A DNA stretch of 64,000 nt, from assembly GCA_030295235.1 (NCBI GenBank), contig AP026134.1:1-64000 (forward strand), read 5' to 3'. How positions within the stretch are numbered: position 1 is the first letter of the stretch; every line of letters starts with the position of its first letter. Shown here piece by piece: positions 1 to 12,116 of this stretch. The notes below the pieces were generated by a model. That model ran no database searches. It was not told the origin of the DNA and worked only from the letters and a program-made list of their open reading frames with translations. The stretch is from Fistulifera solaris. Taxonomy: Eukaryota. A program made the position numbers and the translations under genes.

Positions 1-429
1 CCTAACCCTAACCCTAACCCTAACCCTAACCCTAACCCTAACCCTAACCCTCAACCCCAACCCTAACCCTAACCCTAACCCTAACCCTAACCCTAACCCT
101 AACCCTAACCCTAACCCTAACCCTAACCCCTAACCCTAACCCTAACCCTAACCCTAACCCTAACCCTAACCCTAACCCTAACCCTAACCCCTAACCCCAA
201 CCCTAACCCTCAACCCCAACCCTAACCCTAACCCTAACCCCAACCCTAACCCTAACCCTAACCCTAACCCTAACCCTAACCCTAACCCTAACCCTAACCC
301 TAACCCTAACCCTAACCCTAACCCTAACCCCAACCCTAACCCTAACCCTAACCCTAACCCTAACCCTAACCCTAACCCTAACCCTAACCCTAACCCTAAC
401 CCTAACCCTAACCCTAACCCTAACCCTAA
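1..429. repeat. Telomeric repeat array (CCCTAA)n, chromosome end
   Basis: About 70 tandem CCCTAA units from base 1, with occasional CCCCTAA, CCCTCAA and CCCCAA variants. Confidence 0.99.
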
Positions 430-893
430 AACCCTCCAAAATCACAGCTCAGCACATCTGGAATGCAACCCTAACCCTAACCCTAAAAGTTCATTATGGA
501 TATGGGTCTTCTGACCTCTGACCGGCGCTATGCACTATTATCAGGTCATGACGTATTTTCCTGCATCTGCCTGGTTTTCACCATTCGGGAACAACCCTAC
601 TTTTTTGTATTTATATATATCAATTATCCTAAGGCTCCAATTGTGTAGTATTTAGACAGCCTCGCGGATTAAGTCGTGTTTTGTACCACTGAGCCTCGAC
701 GCTTTAAAATCCAAAGTTACCAGTACTGATACATGATACATCATAAAGAAGGGTTTCTGCGGTAGTCATTGCTGTTTTAGTGTCCGATTGTCCATGTCCC
801 ATCTCACAAATTGTTGCGACCTGCAACGCGCCGTCTTACCTTTTTTTTATTCGACGCACAATTCCATTTATCACAAAGAAACGTTTTTACACC

Positions 894-1963
894 ATGAGAA
901 ACTTTTCGATTGCATTGTTTGCTCTGATTGTGTCGGTTGGTACTCCTACCACTAAAGCACAGGGAATTCTGGGATCGCTTCTGTCGAAACTTTTGAACAA
1001 AGTCAATCCGACGGCAGCACCATCGATGGCACCGTCGAATTTTCCTTCCATAGCCCCGTCGACTGAGCCCACCACGCCACCTTCATTAATGCCGACTTAT
1101 GTTATTGGTGGTACGAACGCCAGCTGCGACGATTCGGATGCCTGTAAGGCAGACTATCGGCGTTTGTTTGAATTCAGCGATGGACTTGATGATTGTAAAT
1201 GCGACCGTTGTCTGATCAATACAGTTTTACCTTGACGTGCGACTTGTGCGTCGGTTGCAGTGAAGAAGCTGACTTGTGTGCAGATGTGAAATACATTCAC
1301 AATGTAATTGCGGCTGGGCGTAATAATTTCACATTTGTACGTTTCACGATAAGTGGAGAAGTTAATGGTTCGGATAGTGCATCGACGCATGTCGTGGCTG
1401 AATTTAGCCGGAATTTCAAATATTATTTGGTGGGGAACAACTTTGCTTTTGATTATGAGGCAGCGTATGAATTTGTCAGCGAAGCTAAAGTCAGTATTGA
1501 CGGTGTTGTTTGTCAGGATTACTACATTGAAAATAATTGCGAAGTTATTGACTGTCGCAATGTTCCGAATGGAGAGCTGTATGCCTGTGAGGATATTGAA
1601 AGTATTCGATTCAACCGAAGCCATCCTCTCTATGTGTTTGATAACGAGGACAAGACGATTTGCCCCGGTCAAGGCTATGACCAATACTATGACGACGATT
1701 ACTACGACACGACCGATGACACGACAAGCACAACAAACGATGATTCTTTCACAGGGGATGATGACACTACCACAACAAATGATGATATTCCTCCCCAGGA
1801 CGACGACGATAAAGGAATGGCATATAAAGGCTTTTCGTTGCTGGGCCAGCTTGTTCTTCCCTCTCCCAAGTACAAGCTACGAAGATGGGACGGAAACAGT
1901 AGGTGGCGACTTGCCGCTTCTCAATCGAAACTTCCCTTTGTGAATAAGATTAACCACAACTAG
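894..1963 (+). CDS. Secreted Cys-rich protein with PSxAPS/PT repeats and an acidic D/T-rich tail; frameshift near 1208
   Basis: ATG 894 gives a signal peptide (MRNFSIALFALIVSVG), then PTAAPSMAPSNFPSIAPS. One extra T at cgttg (about 1208) joins ...CKCDR to LSDQYSFTLTCDLCVGC of ORF 1199-1963. The C-terminal frame is uncertain (stop at 1943 or 1963). Confidence 0.7.
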
Positions 1964-2166
1964 TGTCTTTTAATGAAGCGCATTTATTTCATCTCGTGTG
2001 ACGCGTGAAGTCAAACGTTGTTTATCTGTAAATAATGGTGTCATTCGTTTCGCTAGTATTTTGTTTCGTCGTTGAAGTAATAGTGCGGGTCAAAATGATA
2101 TTCCGTAACTTGTCTATTATACATTATGATACGACATGCACACTCCGTACCCATTTCCACCACAAA

Positions 2167-2598
2167 TCATGGACGGAAATTGCCGACAATCACCACGTCG
2201 CGGTCGTTCTCCAATATACACACATTCTTGAAAACTCCCACATTGGATGGATGATTTGCAAGGATAGCACATATCCCCCGTAAGAGGTTTCGCACACATG
2301 GGCTTGCCATTCCATTGACGCACACACGTTCCACTAAAACCTCCTCCGACACAGGTGACGCTATTCCGATAATTGTTGCAATCAAACGCTGTATTCGCGC
2401 ACGTGCATCCCCATTCCGGCGGGGCATTCGCGGGACAATTCGGACCGGTGTATCCGGGATATTGATTCCATGTGATAATACATAGATCTTTTGATTTTGT
2501 CGATCAAAGAGACCTTCGTCAAAAAGACCTTGTATTGTTATTGTCGTTGTTGCGAAGATGGTTATCAGGAAAACGAAGTATATTGTTCGAATCGTCAT
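2167..2598 (-). CDS. Small secreted hypothetical protein (143 aa)
   Basis: ATG 2598, signal-peptide-like MTIRTIYFVFLITIFATTTITIQG, and a 4-Cys C-terminal half. Confidence 0.55.
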   Translation of the reverse strand: MTIRTIYFVFLITIFATTTITIQGLFDEGLFDRQNQKIYVLSHGINIPDTPVRIVPRMPRRNGDARARIQRLIATIIGIASPVSEEVLVERVCVNGMASPCVRNLLRGICAILANHPSNVGVFKNVCILENDRDVVIVGNFRP

Positions 2599-3103
2599 GA
2601 GTGTTGCTGATACTTCGAGAAAGCAGTTGTTCGAGTGCTGCGACTGAAAATAAGAGAGAAAGGAAGAAACAACGTCAAAAGGAAAGGATGATGATGTCAA
2701 CGACGTACTGTATCGAATCGATGAAATCGTCGTCGATGTATGAGTTTTTGTTGTATTTTTCGCGTCCCCTAATTTTTCTCGTCGTTGATGATGAGCAGGC
2801 TTTTGAAATTTTGAGGGAAAGTCGGAAACTGACAATAAACTGCAAAGTAGTCAGGGAGGCCCAACGGAACGAAGGTTGTTTCGCACAACACATGAAACCG
2901 GAATGACCCGTCACTTTGTAACTTGTAACCTTATACATATTTCAGAGATTCGCAAGCCACGTGACGAATAAAATACAGCGCAACGACGACCATGGCGACA
3001 ACAGCGAAAAAATTATTCATTTATTCTTTCCTCCTTTCCTACCTTTTTCTTCTTGTCTTTCCTCACTCATTAAGAAACATCATTAGCACTCATCTACTCT
3101 GCC

Positions 3104-3956
3104 ATGCAAAATACTCCTACAAAGAAAACGACTCTCAAAGTCGTCATTTTGGGAGACAGCGGGTATGTTGATTTTGCAATGTTTGTGTTTGCCTTACTCG
3201 TCGAGCGTTCGTCTGTTTCGTTCGGAGTGAATCAATGCGTTATCTCTCTTCGCTTTCTTCTTTCACTCAATCACCTACTCACTCATTCATTTATACTTTC
3301 ATGTACTTGAACATCCTACTTTTAGCGTCGGCAAAACATCGTTATTGAATCGCTATTCGACGGGAACTTTTACCGGTCAATACAAGGCCACGATTGGGGC
3401 TGATTTCTTGACGAAACAAGTCGTCGTGACAGATTGGACGGGACAGCGTCATGTGGTACAATTGCAATTGTGGGATACAGCTGGACAGGAACGATTTCAA
3501 AGTTTGGGTGTCGCCTTTTATCGCGGTGCCGATGCGGCCATGTTAGTTTATGATATCACGGATCCGTCCAGTTTCGATCATTTGGAGCACTGGCGTACCG
3601 AGTTTCTACAACAAATAGGAGTTTCCATTCCAGCCTTGCAAGAAGTACCCTTTCCGTTTGTGGTGATTGGTAACAAGAATGACAAACAAAATGAACGCTT
3701 AATTCCAGCGCAACGGGCCGAAGAATGGTGTCTCCGTGTGGGAGGAAATCGACCGTTGTATCGGGTCGAAACATCCGCGAAAACCGCACTTAATGTCGAT
3801 GAAGCTTTCGAAGAACTGGCGCGTCTGGCATTGCAATATGGAGATTACAAACGTCGGACGCAACCACAACTTTTTGTGCCACCGAAAGTGCCTCCAATTG
3901 ATCTACGGCATAGTGTTAGTAGTACGGCCAGTGAAAAGAATGATGAGTGTTGTTGA
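3104..3956 (+). CDS. RAB7: Rab7-family small GTPase (2 exons; intron 3163-3325)
   Basis: Splicing GG|GTATGT...TTTAG|C gives LKVVILGDSGVGKTS. Also YKATIGADFLTK, WDTAGQERFQSLG, GNKND, ETSAK and a C-terminal CC prenylation motif. Confidence 0.93.
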
Positions 3957-4249
3957 AGTCGATAGAAAGCGCTTTAAAGAGGAAAGAGAAATTGTAACGT
4001 CGCATATGCTGTGCGAGACGGGAATGAAGAAACAAGAACAAAGTACAGGGACGACGATCAAGGCAGGAAGATAGAGAAGATTTTTTAGAAGCACGCAACC
4101 TCTGATTTCTACTGTTTTTAAACGTGGAGTTTTGTGTCCGAAAGTAGATAATAGACTACAACAATCAATTGTCCTGTAACTTCTACTAGATGACTGTAGC
4201 AATTCTTTCTGTCCTTACAATCAAATGGCGAATTGTCAATAATGCGTCA

Positions 4250-5733
4250 CTATTTCTCAACAATGGCGTTGTCGATGAGATCACATAGGGCATCGACGTG
4301 AAGGGACATGAAAAATGGAATGATATGGAAGCATTTCAAGCAGTGACTTGTCAGACACATACCCACCAGAGTAGCTTGTACTGCCGGAGACTCAAGCTTT
4401 AGACCCACAAAATGCTTTCGGAAACTATTCAAGAAAACATCCATGTTGAAGGTGGTACAATGCCATCGAGTCTGGTGGGACTGATCAACCACTGTGATCT
4501 TTCTGTTGCGTATGAGCAATGAAAACAAAGTTGAGCAGTAAGTCCTTATTCATGGGATAGTCTTTCACGATAACATATTCTAGGCCTTTGTGCTTTTCTA
4601 CAGCCCAGAGTAGCTTCGGCAAGTGAGGGGTCCAATCGAAACGATGTTGAGTCCCGCTTATATCCAAAACAGCAAGATTGGGATTGCTTTGGATTGCATA
4701 AATTAACGCATTCATCACACCGGTAACGCGTTCATAATCGCAAGGTTCGCCGTTGTCCTCATTCTTGTAATTGATGTAAAATAGAAGTCGTTTTAGGTTG
4801 CCAAATTCTGAAACTCCCGTCAAGAAATCCATCAAAAGCTCCGCCCAATAAACCGTTTCATCCAGGTAGAAAAAGACAGCAAGACTATCCGACCATATAG
4901 ATCGAGTGCACGGAAATCATCTAGATCCAGGTTTTTGGTTTCGATGTGGTGTTCCAATGCATCAAACGTTTCAAATGGACGACGATCCACGATTTCTGCG
5001 TCGGAGCGACCGAGTCTCGTGAGAATTTTTGAATCTATCTTGTCCAGGCGGTCCAGATTGTCTTGACTAAACAATTGACTGCCTTCTTCCACAATAAAGT
5101 GCAAGACAACAAAGAGGGACGTTCGATTCTCCATAGCATCTACAAATGCAGTCCCTTGGTCCTCAAAGGCAAAAGTCTCGGTGAGTTCCAAATGCATACG
5201 ATAAGATCTTGTCGCTAGAATGACAGACTGCTCGGCAGTCCATGTTCCTCTTCCCAGTACGAACTTTCTTTCGCGTTGAAAAAAAATCTCGAGCTGTTGA
5301 ACGGTCAGCGTAGCAAAGTCGATCGGAAGCTGCTGCGGACTATCTAACAGAGTAATTGACGATCGATGGATATAATACTGCAATGACCAGAACCACGCAA
5401 GAGTCTTGGCAATAGCAGCATCCGTTGTGCCGTAAATAGAGCACTTGTATATATCCCACCAGGTTGTAACGGTAAAGTTTACGTTCCCTGGCGGCGGTCC
5501 TTGAGAATGTTTATCCCCTACAAAAAGCATTGTTTCATTCTCAAAGCACAGAAACATTTCTTGATGAACATGAAAAGAAAACTCGTCCAAGAAATTTGCT
5601 CTTGTATCATTTGGAAGAGGAGCACATTCTCTGCTGATGCGTATTTCATCGGTAACAGTTCCTTTTGAGTAGCTGACAGCTCCTCGACGGAAAGACGTTT
5701 GAAGAATAGATTTTCTACGATCGATTTCTCCAT
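4250..5733 (-). CDS. RNI/LRR-like hypothetical protein of an expanded family; about 3 frameshifts
   Basis: ATG 5733 (MEKSIVENLFFKRLS). Overlapping ORFs 5518-5850, 4832-5590, 4485-4835 and 4250-4528 form one colinear protein. It shares motifs with the genes at 10311 and 15063 (AFVDAMENRTS; NRKI...N.F...HVDAL). Confidence 0.7.
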
Positions 5734-6195
5734 TATTGCCCTAAAAACGTGATGAATGATGAATGATGAATGATGATAAATAATGAATAATTGATTGAAA
5801 GTTTTGCTGGATGAACAAATAAAATACCGGCAATGACAAACAAACGGCACAGGTCATCATTATCTTGCGTTCCTGGTACTGTACTGGTAAACCTTATTGT
5901 TCTGTCTTTCCTTTCAAAAGATCCGTTGTCCTTAAGTAAGAAAACTGAAACTTCCGTTGAAGGAATAAGGGTAAGGTGATGAACGCGTGACATCTCTAGT
6001 TATGTCGTAACGCGACCTCCTGCAGGTGACTACTGACTACTGACTACTGACGACGACTCATTTTTTCGATCGCAGTCACAAAAAAGGTTTCGTCCAACAA
6101 TTCTATTCTTCTCGACGACGAGAATAAAGATCATCGGAAAATTCCCATTAACACCAGTTGCTCCTCATTCAGTTTGCCGAAAAGCATGTCAAAGA

Positions 6196-6896
6196 ATGAA
6201 TGATATAAAGGGTCTCAAGTGTGTCGCCGTTGTATGTGCAATACTTCTCGCTCAACTCTTATTCAAAGGCTCGGATGCCTTTCTGCGACACCCTCTTTCG
6301 TACGAATCGGTTCGTTTCGTGTTCCGCCGCTCTTTGATACTCTTCACAACGACAAATACAAAAAGAATAAACAAACGAAAAATAACAATAATGATTCAGA
6401 AGAGTCCACCATGCAATCATCATCATCATCTGCCCTTTCGCAAGCACAACTGCTGCAAGCGCAACTACAAGCACTTCGACAAGAAATTCAGCAAGATGTT
6501 CAGAATTTACAACAGCACAAAGAAGCACTCTTACAAAAGAAACGCGACAAAGTTGATCAGTGGATTGATACTTTGTTAGTAGCGACGCACGTGAATGGAG
6601 ACACCCAAATGTTGCATTCGGTCGAAACGGTCGCACAAACACTCATGGACGAACGATTCAGTCCCGAACAAGTGAATGCTATCTTTGAGCGCATGACACA
6701 AGACGACCCTCTGCAGCGAGTGGAATCGCCACTTGTCGAATTGTTAGTGGATGCTTGTAATTTGGTAGATTGTCGCGACGAGAATCCCAACAAGCGATGG
6801 AATGAACGGGTGGAAATGAAATTGCGACGAAAAATGTTTGCCATGCAGTGGGGTATCGAATTGGAAGAAGAGAAGGAACGGCGTTTGTATGATTAG
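6196..6896 (+). CDS. Hypothetical coiled-coil protein, probably plastid-targeted; frameshift near 6290-6340
   Basis: Signal peptide followed by an SDAF cleavage motif (VAVVCAILLAQLLFKGSDAF) in frame 6196. The body, with a Gln-rich coiled coil, is in frame 6219. Confidence 0.65.
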
Positions 6897-7380
6897 TTGA
6901 TTGGAGTTGGGTCATATGGATGCATTTGGGATGGGAATAGGGATCGACTTCAGATGGTCAAATTTGTAAGACGCACTTTTGCTGCAGTTATTCAAACGAG
7001 AAAACCGCTCCTCATGACGGTTAACGACGTGACAGCACATGTCATCTTCATCTTTTGCTTCAAATTTGAGTCCCAAACACGTTACTCCAAAAGGTAGAAT
7101 TGTGCTTTTATTTTTCGAAATCGCCCAAGTTCTAGCTAATAAGCCTGTAGGGTAAATAATAAAGCAACAACTCATTCACTATTGTCCGTTATGCAATATA
7201 GCCATCTTCCTATCGAAGCCTCGGTAGCTCATTTGTAATAATCAAGGCGGTCGAATCAATGAATTATTTCTCATCCGATGATTTTCATAATCTGTTGTTC
7301 TGTTAGATCCAATTTCGAGCGGCGTTCTTAATTTTATTTTGCAATCCCGCCTTGACGATTTGCGGGTCAAAGCACGACGC

Positions 7381-9014
7381 CTAGTCGCTTAACGGTGACT
7401 GCTCATCACCTGCTGCTACCATTCGCTCCGTCTCGCGTAATAGTTAACGACCGAAAAGATATCCATTCGGTCTTCTGGTAAGGGTCGTATGCACTTTTGC
7501 ACTACATCGTACAGTCGCCCTTCAATCAACGATCGGTTTTGGTATTTGCGGTCCATCGTCGGAACCTGGCCATGCAATATGAGCCTGCGGTTCGCTTTTT
7601 GGTCCACATTCTCGTAAAATGGGTACAACCCTGTCAACAAACTGAACACCAGCGTTCCGTATCCCCACAGATCTACCGTCTCGGTCGCCGTACCGTTTCC
7701 CCAATAGGCCTCAGCGGGCCGCAGATCGCCGTATGGGTAATCAATCTCGTACGGACAATACGCTCCTGCCGTTTCATTCCAATCCAGGACCATTGCATTG
7801 TTAACATCGCTGAGAACAATATTCCCATCGTCCAGCATTACCCATTGATCTAAAGCAATATCGTCGTGACTAATAACCCCTTTGACATATCCGTGCAATT
7901 CTGCCAAGCCTTCGGCCATGCTCAAAGCAAACTTTAACTTTTGCGCTGGTGTGAATGCATTCAACGGATCGGGATGTCGACGCAATTGCTGCAGAGTCGC
8001 CCGTCCATCATCTTCTTGCCATTTCAATCGACGTGGAATGACTTGATGAACAAAATCGTTTCCGGCTTGTAACATGGTCGAAGTCGAGCAGTATCCATAG
8101 AAATTGGCATATGTTGGGCGAGTACTGAGGGCTTCCATGAGAACGGCTTCCCGCAAGACTGCTCGTTGATTCTTGATATTGATCGGGAAATCTTCATGAA
8201 AGCGCAAATGTTTCATTACCATTTGTTCTGACTCTGGATAAACAATATTACGTTTCTTGTAGGCATCTGCTTTCCAGTACTTGTTGCGAAAACGATAAGA
8301 TTCTCGATAATAGCCATGTGCCAAGTATTCCACCAAAACGGTTGTACATCCTGATCCGCCGAATATTCCAAGGCCACTTCGTGAAAAGCATTGCAATTGG
8401 GTTTCATGACGAATTGCCAGCCGGCGGAACGACAGTCGCTTTGGGTAAACTCCTGGTCCTCAAAGCCATCGTAGTAGCTGCGCAAATGTTTGTTATCAAT
8501 ATCGTATAAAAACTGTCGGCGTTGATCGTGATAGAGATCGGCATCGTCCTTAGCAATGTGTCGTTGAAAGTCATCGTATCGCCCAAAGAAGCTTTCAAAC
8601 TCGAGATCGTTGTAATCCGGATTTAGTTTATGAGGAATCAGTTCCAAGTTGCTGACAGGTGATCGACCCGGAGGATATAGTTCAAGAGAGACGTCGGAAA
8701 GAAGAATCATGCGTGCAGTGTGATTTACTGCATCATCGGAAGACATCGACGACGATGAGTGATCGAGTCGTCGCCAGGATAAGCGACGCAAATACGTCCA
8801 CCAGCAACGTTGATGAACGTGATGACCATAGACTGTGAACAGCGTCCATAGGGATGCCGATGCCGCTACAATAAGGACACGAATCCGCGTGAACTGAAAC
8901 GCCCGTTGATGCTGTTTCGCATCGATGAAACGGTTTTCCGTAGAATGTTGATTGTGAGGTAGAAGTGTTGGCGCTTTTTCGACGTCGCACAGATGCCAGC
9001 ATAGCAGTGGACAT
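7381..9014 (-). CDS. Protein kinase-like protein with N-terminal membrane anchor; frameshifts near 8960, 8337 and 7440
   Basis: Gly-loop-like LAHGYYRESY, VMK, helix-C REAVLME, catalytic loop HDDIALDQW, LSDVNN, DLWGYG and the C-lobe Arg in PEDR. TM segment RVLIVAASASLWTLFTVY lies upstream in the 8216-8791 frame. Confidence 0.8.
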
Positions 9015-9481
9015 TATGCGTGTTGCTGAGCGTTTTGGTTTACAAAATAGTACAAGAATGGATGAGAATCGGCAGGTTTGGAATGAAAAGACGAAACAAA
9101 CAGAAAGGAAAATGGCGGTAATTTTGTCGTGAGTGTGATTGTGATGAGGGATTGAAACATGCACGAAAGGAGAATTGCATAAATACGCGTGCACTTAAGT
9201 ACACAATCGCTATAGTCCAGTTCCCCATTTAGATGTACGTTACGCGTTGAAATAAAAATATAATACTTGACAAGTGATCATCGCGCTCAGTATTCTTAAG
9301 TATGTTTAGATCGATTCGTATGTAAAGAACAGACTAGTGAAATACTTAGGCAGAAGAGAGCCGTTGATAATAAGACTACAACATCGTCTTGCACCATCTT
9401 GCTGCGTAGCAGCACGCATTTAACCGCCCTCCATTTTTTTGCGAACAGAAAGATTTTTGGTCGCAACGTCTCATGTCGTAA

Positions 9482-9964
9482 TCAACAAGAAAGGCGCTGT
9501 CTTTCTTGCGAACAGATGACACATGCTGTCAGTGATTCTCCACTTCTTACAGGTCTGCATTCGGCCGTGTTCGGGGTCATAAATTCGTGGACTTCCCAAT
9601 CAGACGATCGACGTGAATGATTACGCTCAGAAGCAATCCGTACCATATCATCCCAGACGCGTTGATTGCCGTCCTGGATCTCGAATCGTGAAAGAGAAGT
9701 ACGGTTCGGATTATAACATATAACATCCCTTTCGACTACGATGAATACTGTCAAATCACCTCGAGAATCGTGATATTGGTAACAAATGCGAATTCCCCGG
9801 AGTTTTTCAAACGACGAACTGTCGTTACTGGAGTGAAGAATACCTTGACGGGCAATATTTGTCGAGATGTGGCCATGATAACCATTCGTTAAGCCTTTGT
9901 GAGAATTTTGTGTTCTCACAAGTGACCGGTGTGTTTTGGTGTCCTCGTTGTGATGTGTTTTCAT
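9482..9964 (-). CDS. Hypothetical protein
   Basis: 160-aa ATG-initiated ORF with plausible composition and no recognised motif. The 3' end is uncertain. Confidence 0.3.
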   Translation of the reverse strand: MKTHHNEDTKTHRSLVRTQNSHKGLTNGYHGHISTNIARQGILHSSNDSSSFEKLRGIRICYQYHDSRGDLTVFIVVERDVICYNPNRTSLSRFEIQDGNQRVWDDMVRIASERNHSRRSSDWEVHEFMTPNTAECRPVRSGESLTACVICSQERQRLSC

Positions 9965-10310
9965 AGCATGGAACTACTATTTACGACATTTTTACAAAGG
10001 ATAATTTCTGGATGAATGGTTTGTGAAATACAGTGATCTACGAACGGAATTAGTAGCGAGTCGTCGGCCTTCTGTCTACTTCGAATGCCTGGACAATTGA
10101 AGTCTCCGACCTCTCCGCAATTCTCGGCATGCATTGTACCCTTTTCCGTGAACTTGGCCCATCGCTCGTGCTAGGAAAAGGAGTTTCATTTCGTGGCGAG
10201 GAGTAACAAGTTTGCCAAAACATTCTTAATTGCGAGAGCTTGTGGAAAGTTCATAAAAACTTGTATACCTCGACTTCACGCTCCTCGCAAGAACCGAGAG
10301 CCGAGCGAAA

Positions 10311-11846
10311 ATGAGCCTTTTCAATATTCCTGATGGAGATCGTCTTTCCAAGTTCAGCGAAAGGCAACTCACTATGGAAATCCACGATTTAAAAGATTTA
10401 AACATAATCTTGGGGACTTTAGAAGAAGCGACGGAATGTCTTTTGTGGTTGCCTCAACGAGAAGCATTCCTCTCCAACGTTTCGCAATTCGGTGCTTCGG
10501 TTCACATTCCAGGTTTCTTGTGCCCTACCTTGGAAATGGAATGGTCAGATGAAGACAACGAGCGCTTTTCATATTGGCATGTACATGCGACGACAGTTGC
10601 GCGGGAGCGTCAAATCGTCGCTCATCTCATGACGCTTCCCGATGCGAACGGATTCACTAGTCTTTCTCTCACTTCAATGCTGGAAGAAGACACGCCAGAT
10701 CTCTTTCCATGCTCACCCGATCAAATCAAGAATATCTTCCACAGCAATGTTGATCGAGAATTGCACATTCAAAACTTCGCACTGGATGAATCGCAAGCGG
10801 TTGTACTTATGGAGCCGGAGTTGCCTTTGCGTTTCAAACTCAGCAGTTGTCAGTTTCTTTCAAAGGATGCGAGCATTACAGAACATTGTGCATTCAACGA
10901 AGCGCTTCGGAGGAGATCAACTCCTATTCATTCGCTGTCCTTTAACCAGAGTTTTCCCTTCCTGCAAAGTCCCTATCTACAACGCCATCTCGAACAATTT
11001 TGGAGAATTGCCGCCTCCTACAATGTGATTGAGACTCTTTGTTTGGAAGACCTAGATATCACGAAAGAAAACGGCTTTGAAAAATTGTCGAGCGTACCGT
11101 TAAAGAAATTAGTTCTCCGAAACTGTACATTTGGAATTGAAGGGGCGGGGATTGAGATCATCGCCGCGCTCATTCACCGCGGTTGTCTATCCGAAGGACT
11201 CGTGTGTGATGGCTTTGAATGTGGTCTGGGTCCTGCATGGCACGTTTTCGGCTATGCAATCGCAAATTGTCAACTTTCAGATGTCCGTTTAGAAAATGTG
11301 AGCAACAAAGGAGCTGCCCTATTGATGATGGGTGTCTTCGAGATGGTGAGACGCAACGACAAACTAAGGCATCTCTCGGTCGGTGACTATTTCAATTTCT
11401 CGCCGGATGTGTGGAGCTGTCTCATGACGGCCGTGTCGAAACATCCGTCGTTGCAAGTCTTCCAAGTTGACAATGTCCACGAGGGCATCCCTCAAGATCT
11501 ACCCGCGATGGCCCTCAAGTTGTTGGCCGAAATGATGCAACTCAACCGTAACATCGACGTCGATGTGCAGCTTTCTCGCTACAAAAGAAAGCTCGACGAG
11601 ACCGGATCAATTGAGGGACTGCAGAAGTTTAACCGATTCTCACGGCACGTTAGAAAGCTTGCAACACTCGAAGATCTCAGCGATCGTTTGACGTTAGTCG
11701 GTACGTCTGCCGTAGAAAGCGGAACTAATTTCCAAAAATTATCTCTTTTAATCGCAGGTCATGTCGATGTTCTCGTGCCTTCTATCACGGACGCAGTCTA
11801 TGATGAGGACGAGTCTTCTCCTAGAAAACGAGCGCGACTTGAGTGA
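10311..11846 (+). CDS. RNI/LRR-like hypothetical protein (511 aa) with C-terminal NLS-like motif
   Basis: Intact ORF with LRR-like strands (LKKLVLRNC, LSDVRLEN, LRHLSV), family motifs AFNEALRRRSTPIHSL and NRNI...NRF...HVDVL, and a terminal PRKRARLE. Confidence 0.85.
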   Translation: MSLFNIPDGDRLSKFSERQLTMEIHDLKDLNIILGTLEEATECLLWLPQREAFLSNVSQFGASVHIPGFLCPTLEMEWSDEDNERFSYWHVHATTVARERQIVAHLMTLPDANGFTSLSLTSMLEEDTPDLFPCSPDQIKNIFHSNVDRELHIQNFALDESQAVVLMEPELPLRFKLSSCQFLSKDASITEHCAFNEALRRRSTPIHSLSFNQSFPFLQSPYLQRHLEQFWRIAASYNVIETLCLEDLDITKENGFEKLSSVPLKKLVLRNCTFGIEGAGIEIIAALIHRGCLSEGLVCDGFECGLGPAWHVFGYAIANCQLSDVRLENVSNKGAALLMMGVFEMVRRNDKLRHLSVGDYFNFSPDVWSCLMTAVSKHPSLQVFQVDNVHEGIPQDLPAMALKLLAEMMQLNRNIDVDVQLSRYKRKLDETGSIEGLQKFNRFSRHVRKLATLEDLSDRLTLVGTSAVESGTNFQKLSLLIAGHVDVLVPSITDAVYDEDESSPRKRARLE

Positions 11847-12116
11847 AGCACGTTGCAGCACCGCTCCTTGCTTATATGATTCTTTGATTTTATGAACGCG
11901 AGTGCCATAAATATTCTGTATATATTGACGATATACATGTCTACGCAGCATAAGCTATATAATACATTCAATTTGCACATTCAGCTTTAAGACTATCCTG
12001 TAGACTAGGTTTAGTTCATCATTTTGCGGAGGAAAGTATCAAACAACCCCCTGTAAGGCTATACCGCTTCACTATGGAACTCATTAAACTAACACTAACA
12101 ATAGTGATCTTAGTGT

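Noticed and set aside
203..445. 80-aa poly-(RV) ORF
   Set aside because: It is the translation of the telomeric TTAGGG repeat.
9296..9484. In-frame TGA after Cys followed by about 60 open codons; possible selenoprotein readthrough
   Set aside because: No redox motif context or SECIS recognised. A frameshift error or a true stop is simpler.
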